The notes under the pieces: generated by a model
What the model saw: only the letters and a program-made list of their open reading frames with translations
Told to the model about the DNA's origin: nothing
The model's database searches: none
Position numbers and translations under genes: made by a program
Assembly: GCA_035280045.1 (NCBI GenBank)
Contig: DATEGP010000078.1
Span: forward strand, 14,419-78,418
DNA from: Candidatus Acidiferrum sp.
GTDB lineage: Bacteria > Acidobacteriota > Terriglobia > Acidiferrales > UBA7541
Direction: 5' to 3'
DNA length: 64,000 nucleotides
Part shown: positions 46,316 to 54,288 of the stretch, one piece after another
Numbering within the stretch: position 1 is the stretch's first letter
Layout of the letters: every line of letters begins with the position of its first letter

Positions 46316-49048
46316 ATGGCTCGGGAAATTGCCAAAGCTTACGAACCGCAGCAGATTGAGCCACGTTGGGCGGAATTCTGGGTGAAAGAAGCCCTCTTCA
46401 AGGCCGATCCAAGTGCGCCGGGACCCGTGTTTTCCATCGTGATTCCCCCGCCAAATGTGACCGGTTCTCTGCACATCGGGCACATGCTGGAGCACACGGA
46501 AATCGACATCCTCACCCGTTGGCACCGAATGCGGGGATACAACACGTTGTATCTCCCGGGGATGGATCATGCAGGAATTTCAACGCAACGTGTGGTGGTG
46601 AAATACCTCGCGGACCAGGGGATCAATTACCAGAAGCTCGGTCGCGAAGAATTTGAGAAGCAGGTATGGAAGTGGAAGGAAGAAGCTGGCGGGCAAATTA
46701 TCGAACAGATGAAGGGCATCGGGGAAAGCTGCGATTGGTCTCGCGAGAGGTTCACCCTGTCGCCAGAAATGTCTCGAAAGGTCCGCGAAGTCTTCGTGCG
46801 CCTCTATGAAGAGGGGCTAATTTACCGAGCGACCCGGCTGGTGAACTGGTGCCCGGATTGCCTAACGGTGCTGAGCGACCTGGAAGTGGTACACGAAGAG
46901 CGCCAGGGACATCTGTGGCACATCAAGTATCCGGTTGTTGGGACGAAGGAATTCTTGACCGTGGCCACAACACGGCCGGAAACAATGCTTGGAGACACAG
47001 CCGTTGCCGTGCATCCGGAAGATGAACGCTATAAGCACCTGGTCGGAAAGAAAGCGCTCCTGCCGCTGATGAACCGCGAGATTCCCATCATTGCCGATGA
47101 AATGGTAGATCGCGAGTTTGGGACGGGAGCCGTGAAGGTCACGCCCGCACACGACCCGAATGATTTTGAAGTCGGGAAAAGACATAACCTGGCCGAAATT
47201 GATGTGATGACCGACGACGGGCATATGAACGCGAATGCTGGCGCTTACGTTGGGATGGATCGCTTCGACGCGCGCAAGAAAGTTGTCGAGGATTTGAAAG
47301 CACAAGGACTGCTCGAAAAGATTACCGACCACACCAACGCGATTGGTCTCTGCGAGCGTAGCAAGACGGTGGTGGAGCCGCGCATTTCGACGCAATGGTT
47401 TTGCAAAATGAAAGACCTTGCCGCGCCCGCCATCAAAGCCGTGGAGGAATACGCGCCGGGTAAGGAAAACACCATCTACATCCTCCCGGACAATCGGCGC
47501 ACTGAATATCTGAACTGGATGCACAACATCCGTGACTGGACGATCTCGCGGCAACTTTGGTGGGGACACCGCATTCCCGCGTGGTATTGCCGTGAGAACA
47601 AACACATCACCGTGGCGCGCGAGACTCCGGCAAAGTGTGCAACGTGCGGTTCTTCGAACCTGGAACAGGACCCCGACGTCCTGGATACCTGGTTCAGCTC
47701 TCAATTGTGGCCGTTTTCGACTCTGGGGTGGCCGGAAGAAACGGCGGACTTCAAGAAATATTATCCGACGACTTTAATGATCAACGGGTACGACATCCTG
47801 TTCTTCTGGGTGGCCCGGATGATCATGATGGGGTTGCATTTTACAGGCAAAGTTCCCTTCGGCACCGTATATTTGCATTCGCTCGTCCGCACGGGAAGCG
47901 GCGAGAAAATGTCGAAGTCCAAAGGAACCGGTCTCGACCCCGTCGCGCTAAATCAGCAGTACGGAACGGACGCGATACGCTTCTGTCTGGCATCGATGGC
48001 CGCGCCGGGCACCGATATCATCCTGTCCGATGACAAGCTCGCGAGCTCGCGAAATTTTGCCAACAAGATTTGGAATGCCGCGCGCTTCCTGTTCGTGAAT
48101 TTCGACAAGTTTGAGCAGACCGGCGCAAAACTTGAGGATTTGGCAGCGCCCGAAGTTCGCGCCAAGGCACCGTATCCGTATGAGGGCAGCGTACCGCTAG
48201 TTGATCAGTGGTTGTATACACGCTTGGCGGATGCTATCGACGCAGTAAACGAAGCATTGAAACACTACCGATTTCACGAAGCAGCGCAGGGCATTTACCA
48301 GTTTTTCTGGGGCGACTTCTGCGACTGGTACATCGAGTGGGTCAAGCCGGAACTGCAAAGCGCCGACCGCGAGCGCGCAACAGTGGCCTGGAATAACCTG
48401 TTCGCGGCATTCGACGCGGCCTTGCGCCTGCTGCATCCACTGATGCCCTTCCTCACAGAGGAACTCTGGCATCAGTTGCCGCAGGAAAATGGTGCTAAAT
48501 CGATCGCCTTGGACCGGTTTCCGGAAGCGCGCGCGGGATGGAAGAGCCCTGGCGCTGAGGACGAATTCAAGATTCTGGCAAGAGTTATCACAGCTGTCCG
48601 AGAGATGCGAGCAGATGGCAAGGTGACTGCCAAGAAGCGTGTACGGTTGGAGGTTTCACCCACAACCAAGTCCGTCCAGCGGGTGATTGAGGGGAATTTG
48701 GCCAACATTCTTCGGCTTGCAACTCTCTCGAGGATTGATTTTGTTAGCGGGCATCTGGGTGGAACCGGAATCTTTCGGTCGACCCAGTACGGTGATCTGA
48801 GAATCCCGTTTGAAGACATTGTGGACTCGACGACACTAAATCCTGAGAACGAGCGTGGGCGGCTGAAAAAAGACATTGAGGGACTGCAAAAGGCGATCGC
48901 ATCCAAGGAAACCCAGTTGGGTAACGAGACATTTCGCAGCCGGGCGCCTGAGAAGATCATCAAAGGACTCGAATCCACCCTCGCCAAACAGCGCATCGAG
49001 TTGCACAAGCAAACTCGGCGCTTGGAGGAACTGGAGCGCGCCGGCTGA
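46316..49048 (+). CDS. valS: Valine--tRNA ligase
   Basis: PPPNVTGSLHIGH, ISRQLWWGH, KMSKS, C-terminal coiled coil. Confidence 0.98.
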   Translation: MAREIAKAYEPQQIEPRWAEFWVKEALFKADPSAPGPVFSIVIPPPNVTGSLHIGHMLEHTEIDILTRWHRMRGYNTLYLPGMDHAGISTQRVVVKYLADQGINYQKLGREEFEKQVWKWKEEAGGQIIEQMKGIGESCDWSRERFTLSPEMSRKVREVFVRLYEEGLIYRATRLVNWCPDCLTVLSDLEVVHEERQGHLWHIKYPVVGTKEFLTVATTRPETMLGDTAVAVHPEDERYKHLVGKKALLPLMNREIPIIADEMVDREFGTGAVKVTPAHDPNDFEVGKRHNLAEIDVMTDDGHMNANAGAYVGMDRFDARKKVVEDLKAQGLLEKITDHTNAIGLCERSKTVVEPRISTQWFCKMKDLAAPAIKAVEEYAPGKENTIYILPDNRRTEYLNWMHNIRDWTISRQLWWGHRIPAWYCRENKHITVARETPAKCATCGSSNLEQDPDVLDTWFSSQLWPFSTLGWPEETADFKKYYPTTLMINGYDILFFWVARMIMMGLHFTGKVPFGTVYLHSLVRTGSGEKMSKSKGTGLDPVALNQQYGTDAIRFCLASMAAPGTDIILSDDKLASSRNFANKIWNAARFLFVNFDKFEQTGAKLEDLAAPEVRAKAPYPYEGSVPLVDQWLYTRLADAIDAVNEALKHYRFHEAAQGIYQFFWGDFCDWYIEWVKPELQSADRERATVAWNNLFAAFDAALRLLHPLMPFLTEELWHQLPQENGAKSIALDRFPEARAGWKSPGAEDEFKILARVITAVREMRADGKVTAKKRVRLEVSPTTKSVQRVIEGNLANILRLATLSRIDFVSGHLGGTGIFRSTQYGDLRIPFEDIVDSTTLNPENERGRLKKDIEGLQKAIASKETQLGNETFRSRAPEKIIKGLESTLAKQRIELHKQTRRLEELERAG

Positions 49049-49068
49049 CCAGCGCCAGGCCACATTCC

Positions 49069-50001
49069 ATGAACTGGCATTCCGAAGAAATTGAATCCAT
49101 TGTGCGCCGCGCGCTCGCGGAAGACATCGGCGCGGGCGACGCTAGCACAGCAGCCACGACCCCGCCAAACGCCCTGGTCCGTGCGCACATTCTGGCCCGC
49201 CAAACTCTCGTTTGCGCAGGATTGCCTTTGGCAGAAAACGTATTTCGCGCTCTTGACCCCGAAATAGAAATAGCCTGCCTCCACGTGGACGGCTCCTTCG
49301 TTGAGCCCGGCACGAAACTCGTCCAGATGCGAGGCAGCGCGGCCGCAATCCTGACAGGCGAACGAACCGCGCTGAACTTCCTCTCTCATCTTTGCGGAAT
49401 CGCCACCTACACTCGCAGATTCGTCGAACAGCTTGCAACGACGAAGACGCGCATTCGCGACACGCGGAAAACCACGCCCGGCCTGCGATTCTTGGAAAAA
49501 TATGCCGTGAAAATGGGCGGCGGCACAAATCATCGCTTAGGCCTCTACGATGCCATCCTGCTGAAGGAAAATCACATCGCCCTGGCAGGCAGTATCAAGG
49601 CAGCGCTGGACAAAGCTCACACCTATGTTGCGCCTAAAGCGCCTCCCCCGCGAACGGCAAGCGCCTACGATGCGGCAGGGCTGGATCCCGAGGTCGTAGG
49701 ACCACCCCCGCTCACAGTGCAGATCGAAGTGCGCAACGAGCGCGAACTGATCGAAGCCCTGGGCGCTGGCGCCGAATCCGTTCTGCTCGACAACATGACA
49801 CCCGAGCGCGCCGCGGAATGCGTGAAGATCGCCCGCGGCATTCGACCGGACTGCATCATTGAAATCTCCGGCGGGATCACTCTTGAAAATGCGCACGCCT
49901 ACGCAAAAGCCGGAGCCGATTTCCTTTCTTCCGGGATGCTCACTCACTCCGCCCCCGCCGCCAACCTCAGCCTGCTTGTAGATGGCGTCGAGGACACGTA
50001 A
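49069..50001 (+). CDS. nadC: Nicotinate-nucleotide diphosphorylase (carboxylating)
   Basis: ALAEDIG, DTRKTTPG, HRLGLYD, LLDNM, SGGITL. Confidence 0.96.
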   Translation: MNWHSEEIESIVRRALAEDIGAGDASTAATTPPNALVRAHILARQTLVCAGLPLAENVFRALDPEIEIACLHVDGSFVEPGTKLVQMRGSAAAILTGERTALNFLSHLCGIATYTRRFVEQLATTKTRIRDTRKTTPGLRFLEKYAVKMGGGTNHRLGLYDAILLKENHIALAGSIKAALDKAHTYVAPKAPPPRTASAYDAAGLDPEVVGPPPLTVQIEVRNERELIEALGAGAESVLLDNMTPERAAECVKIARGIRPDCIIEISGGITLENAHAYAKAGADFLSSGMLTHSAPAANLSLLVDGVEDT

Positions 50002-50034
50002 GCTTAGGCGGCGCCGCGGCGCGACCACATCCCC

Positions 50035-51039
50035 ATGAATTCAGAAACCTTGCCCGGAACAACCGACCGGAGAGTGGCCGGCCTGCTGCGGTTGCTGGCG
50101 GAAAACGCCACCATTGTCATCAGCGGCGCTCGCATTGCGCGGGAGATCGGCGTGTCACGCTCAACGGTGTGGCGCTGGGTCGAACGCCTGCGCGAATTGG
50201 GCGTCAAAGTCAAAGGCCAGGCTGCCACCGGATACTTCCTCGAAAAAGTTCCCGACGTTCTCACTCCCGATGTTCTCAAGCGGCAATTGAAAGGAACTCT
50301 GTTCGGCAAGCGCATCTATCACTTTTTTAAGATCGATTCGACAAATCGCGTAGCGTTTGAATTGGGGCACGCCGGCGAGCCCGAAGGCACGATCGTTCTT
50401 GCCGAAGAGCAAAACGCGGGACGAGGCCGCGCCGGGCGTGCGTGGCACTCGGAGCGCGCCACTGGCATCTACGTAACGCTTCTCCTGCGGCCGAAGCTGG
50501 CGCCAGTGCAGGCCCCACTCTTGACCATGATGGCGGGACTTTCCGCTCATACCGCCGTAGAAGCCGTTACCGGGCTGCCTGTGGACTTGAAGTGGCCGAA
50601 TGATTTGATCATTCGCGGCAAAAAAGCGGGTGGCATCCTCACCGAGATGCACGCAGAGCCGGGGCTGGTCCGCTTTGTGGTCGTAGGAATCGGTTTGAAC
50701 GTAAATCAAGAAAGATTTTCCGGTGAGCTTGCTGGCATCGCCACTTCCCTCCGCCAGGAAACCGGCAAAACCCAATCGCGCATGGAATTGCTCGTGCGGT
50801 TGCTGCGTGAATTCGAGAGCGACTACAATCGGTTTTTGCGCGAAGGAATCGCCAGCGTCGTCCAGCGCTTCGAGGTGGTTTCCAGTTACGCGCACGGGAA
50901 AAAAGTGCGCGTGAGCAACGGAACAGAAAGCTATGTGGGCACCACCGCCGGACTAGGCCCGGAAGGCCTGCTGCAAGTCGAGCGCGAGGACGGTCGTGTG
51001 GTAACGGTGATTGCCGGCGACGTGGCGGAGGCTCGCTAG
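50035..51039 (+). CDS. birA: Bifunctional biotin ligase/repressor
   Basis: N-terminal HTH, DSTN, QNAGRGRAGR, KWPND, KAGGIL. Confidence 0.96.
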   Translation: MNSETLPGTTDRRVAGLLRLLAENATIVISGARIAREIGVSRSTVWRWVERLRELGVKVKGQAATGYFLEKVPDVLTPDVLKRQLKGTLFGKRIYHFFKIDSTNRVAFELGHAGEPEGTIVLAEEQNAGRGRAGRAWHSERATGIYVTLLLRPKLAPVQAPLLTMMAGLSAHTAVEAVTGLPVDLKWPNDLIIRGKKAGGILTEMHAEPGLVRFVVVGIGLNVNQERFSGELAGIATSLRQETGKTQSRMELLVRLLREFESDYNRFLREGIASVVQRFEVVSSYAHGKKVRVSNGTESYVGTTAGLGPEGLLQVEREDGRVVTVIAGDVAEAR

Positions 51040-51882
51040 ATGCTGCTGACCATCGACGTGGGAAACACGAACACCGTGCTGGGCGTGTTTCGCGGCTCAG
51101 AGCTGATTGCCAATTGGAGGCTGACCACCGCGCGCGAGCAAACCGTGGACGAGTACGGCGTGCTCACACGCAATCTGTTCACGCTGGCCGGGCTGGACCG
51201 CAACGACATCACAGGAGTCATCATCAGCTCGGTCGTGCCGCCGGTAAACTGGACGCTAGGAGAAATGTCACGCGTCTATTTGGGCAAGAAAGCGCTCTTC
51301 GTGGAAATGGGCGTGAAGACCGGGATGGCCGTGCTCGTTGACAATCCCTCCGAAGTGGGCGCCGATCGTATCGTCAACGGCGTGGCGGCATTTCATTTGT
51401 ATGGCGGGCCGTGCATCGTTGTGGATTTCGGAACCGCCATCACGTTCGATGTGATCTCCGCAAAGTGCGAATATTTAGGAGGCGTGATTGCGCCCGGTCT
51501 CGGGATTTCGTCCGAAGCTTTGTTTGCGCGGACGGCAAAACTTCCTCGCGTGGAGATCAAAGATCCAGGTAGGGTAATCGGAACAAATACCGTCAGCAAC
51601 ATGCAAGCAGGCTTGTACTACGGAGCCGTTGACATGGTGGACGGCATACTCGCTCGCATGAAAAAGGAACTCGGCGAAGGTGCAAAAGTGGTTGCTACCG
51701 GGGGGCAGGCGAAGCTCGTGGCAAAAGGGTCGAAGCATATTCAGCACACGGATGAATTTCTGACGCTGACGGGACTGCGCTTGATCTGGGAGAAGAATCA
51801 GCCGGCGGACCAAGGCAAAAGCGCCGCGGCGGATGGTCAGGGAACGCGCGGCGCGCTTCCCACAAAGAAAGTGCAGAGGTAA
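51040..51882 (+). CDS. coaX: Type III pantothenate kinase
   Basis: IDVGNT, GADR, DFGTA, GGVIAPG, ATGG. Confidence 0.96.
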   Translation: MLLTIDVGNTNTVLGVFRGSELIANWRLTTAREQTVDEYGVLTRNLFTLAGLDRNDITGVIISSVVPPVNWTLGEMSRVYLGKKALFVEMGVKTGMAVLVDNPSEVGADRIVNGVAAFHLYGGPCIVVDFGTAITFDVISAKCEYLGGVIAPGLGISSEALFARTAKLPRVEIKDPGRVIGTNTVSNMQAGLYYGAVDMVDGILARMKKELGEGAKVVATGGQAKLVAKGSKHIQHTDEFLTLTGLRLIWEKNQPADQGKSAAADGQGTRGALPTKKVQR

Positions 51883-51943
51883 AGGCTCAGGACTTAGCGG
51901 CTGTAGCAACTCAGCGCCGCGCTCGACACTCCCAACCAACAAA

Positions 51944-52663
51944 ATGGACGGCTGGAACTATTTCAATTACTTCACGGAAATCGAAGAATATTTTTGGAAG
52001 AAACGCGGAGCCCATTTGCTCGTTTCCCCGCTCGATTGGGCGATTATGGAAGCGTGGCAAAAAGCAGGCGTTCCGCTCGAAGCCGTGCTGAAAGGAATCG
52101 ACCAAGCATTCGAGAGTTACGGACGTTCGCGGCGCGGCGCCGGGAAACCTCTGAAGAGCCTGGCGTACTGCACAGACGCGGTGCTGGAGGCAGCCGAAGA
52201 GCAACTGGAAGCTTCTGCTGGCAAAGCGCCTACATCCAAAAGAGCGTCTCACAAGGAAGCGTTTCCGCGCGAAGGGTTGAAACAATATTTTGAACGCAAC
52301 GTGGCGCAATTAGTCCAAGCGGCAGAAAAGAATCAGGCACAGCCGCCCTTGGCTGCCACGCTGGCAGAAATCGCGAAATCGCTCGAGGCTGCCTCAACGT
52401 TGCTGGATACGCCGGGGGCTCTCGACTTGGAAGATTTGGAGCGGCGCCTGACGGTTTTGGATGACAAGCTGCAAGCGGCACTCACGAACCACGCGCCCGA
52501 AGAATTGATGCTCAGAATCCGGCGTGAACTCGACGGCCAACTGGCCGCCTACCGCCGAAAAATGAAAGCGGAACAGCTTGCGTTGGTTGAAAAGCAATAC
52601 ATCCAGAAACGCCTGCTCGAAGAATTCGGCTTGCCGCGCCTGAGCCTTTTCTATCTTTCTTGA
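51944..52663 (+). CDS. Conserved hypothetical protein, possible DnaD-like domain
   Basis: NYFNYFTEIEE...VSPLDWAIMEAW...SLAYC...LPRLSLFY. Confidence 0.75.
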   Translation: MDGWNYFNYFTEIEEYFWKKRGAHLLVSPLDWAIMEAWQKAGVPLEAVLKGIDQAFESYGRSRRGAGKPLKSLAYCTDAVLEAAEEQLEASAGKAPTSKRASHKEAFPREGLKQYFERNVAQLVQAAEKNQAQPPLAATLAEIAKSLEAASTLLDTPGALDLEDLERRLTVLDDKLQAALTNHAPEELMLRIRRELDGQLAAYRRKMKAEQLALVEKQYIQKRLLEEFGLPRLSLFYLS

Positions 52664-52696
52664 CTCCTATTCCCGATACTTTTTTCGTTTTTGCGC

Positions 52697-52725
52697 TTGA
52701 ACTATTTTTTACTCTGTGGTACAGT
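52697..52725 (+). promoter_or_regulatory. Putative sigma70 promoter
   Basis: TTGAAC-N17-TACAGT with an extended -10 TG. Confidence 0.6.
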
Positions 52726-52980
52726 ATATCTTGATTACCGGGCGCGACTTCTTTCTGCCCGGCCTACTCTATGCGCGGCCACCGCGAGGTCATTCTAACT
52801 TCAAGTGGCCAGCCCCTTGCCTTTCTACAAAGCTCCCGTAAGTCCTTTCGATTGATATCGTTAGCAACCACCTGCCACTTAACCCCTTTAGAATCACATC
52901 CTTGCACAAAACATAGGGTGCCACCCCCACGCCCTAAGTTCGGCCCTGACCCAAACCTCAGTGTAGAATCACTAGCTCCT

Positions 52981-54288
52981 ATGCCTGATGATTTCAAAGT
53001 ATCCATTGAAAAGCTCGTTTACGGTGGCGAAGGCTTGGCACACGCCGATGGAAACACGGTTTTTGTGCCTTATGTCCTGCCTGGAGAAGAAGTCCGCGCG
53101 GTCGCCAGGAAGAAGCAGAAGAAATTGCTTTGGGCCGACCTCTTGGAGGTTACTTCTCCGGCCAAAGAGCGCGCCAAAGCAAAGTGCCCCCATTTCCAGA
53201 AATGCGGCGGCTGTCATTATCAACACATTTCCACCGCGGAGCAGTTGAGGCTGAAGAAAGAGATCTTGCGCGAAACGCTCTCGCGCCTCGGCGGAATCTC
53301 CTGGGATGGCTCAATTGTCGAGCATGCGGCGGAGCCCTATGGCTACCGCAACCGCGCGCAATGGGCGATACGGGAAGGGATGCCGCGAGCGCTGGGATAT
53401 TTTTTGCCGGAGAGTTCGGTCATCCTCCCAATTGATGAATGCCCCGTGCTGTCTCCGTTGCTCGCGGAAACATTTTTGAAGTTGCAGGACATGACTCGCT
53501 CAGGCGCGTTGCCGGCCGGAATCGAGGAGGTTGAGGCGTTTGCAGATTCCGCTGACAAGAAAATCGCGCTCAACGTCGCTTTTGACAAATTTCCCAAGCC
53601 AGCAGGAGAGTTGACATCCGTTTTTCGCAGTTCCCTTCCGCAAATTGAAAGCCTGCTGTTGCTGGATCAGAAAAAGAACAAGTTTGAGCTGAGCGGCCCG
53701 GGCTACCTGACCCAGGAAGCGGGTGGGTATCAATATCGGGTCAGCCATCTTTCCTTCTTCCAGGTGAATCGGTTCTTGATTGAAGACCTGCTGAGAACCG
53801 TGGTTGCGAACGCGCACGGCGAGACCGCGCTGGATTTATATGCAGGTGTTGGATTCTTCACGCTGCCATTGGCAAAGACTTTTACAAAAGTGGTGAGCGT
53901 CGACGCAAATCTGGCCGCGACAAAGGACTTGCTTGCTAATGCGGAAGCCGCAAGGGTAGGCGTCGCAACACACAACGAACATACGGAAGACTTCTTGAAG
54001 AAAACAAACGAAAAGCCGGAGTTTGTGGTGCTCGATCCTCCGCGGGCGGGACTCGGAGCGCGAGCCGCAAAAGACCTTGCCGAACTTGGGGCCAATGAAA
54101 TTGTCTATCTCTCTTGCGATCCGTCAACGTTGGCTCGTGATTTAGCGGTTCTCACAAATTCCTCCAGGAAACCGAAAGAAATCTCCGCGCCAAGCATTCG
54201 CTACGAAATCACAGAAATGCATTTGTTCGACCTGTTTCCACAAACCTTTCACATCGAAACGCTGGTGAGGTTGCGAAGAGCATCATGA
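52981..54288 (+). CDS. rlmD: 23S rRNA m5U methyltransferase, RlmD/TrmA family
   Basis: TRAM domain, CPHFQKCGGC, FFQVN, LDLYAGVG, LDPPRAG, YLSCDP, DLFPQTFHIE. Confidence 0.92.
   Translation: MPDDFKVSIEKLVYGGEGLAHADGNTVFVPYVLPGEEVRAVARKKQKKLLWADLLEVTSPAKERAKAKCPHFQKCGGCHYQHISTAEQLRLKKEILRETLSRLGGISWDGSIVEHAAEPYGYRNRAQWAIREGMPRALGYFLPESSVILPIDECPVLSPLLAETFLKLQDMTRSGALPAGIEEVEAFADSADKKIALNVAFDKFPKPAGELTSVFRSSLPQIESLLLLDQKKNKFELSGPGYLTQEAGGYQYRVSHLSFFQVNRFLIEDLLRTVVANAHGETALDLYAGVGFFTLPLAKTFTKVVSVDANLAATKDLLANAEAARVGVATHNEHTEDFLKKTNEKPEFVVLDPPRAGLGARAAKDLAELGANEIVYLSCDPSTLARDLAVLTNSSRKPKEISAPSIRYEITEMHLFDLFPQTFHIETLVRLRRAS

Noticed and set aside
52839-52910. Possible mini-CRISPR array
   Set aside because: Only two degenerate units with a 17-nt gap and no cas genes. 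The 13-bp repeat at 39541 has no spacers either.
52771-52980. 70-aa N-terminal extension of RlmD
   Set aside because: It runs through the repeat/leader region; homology begins at ATG 52981.
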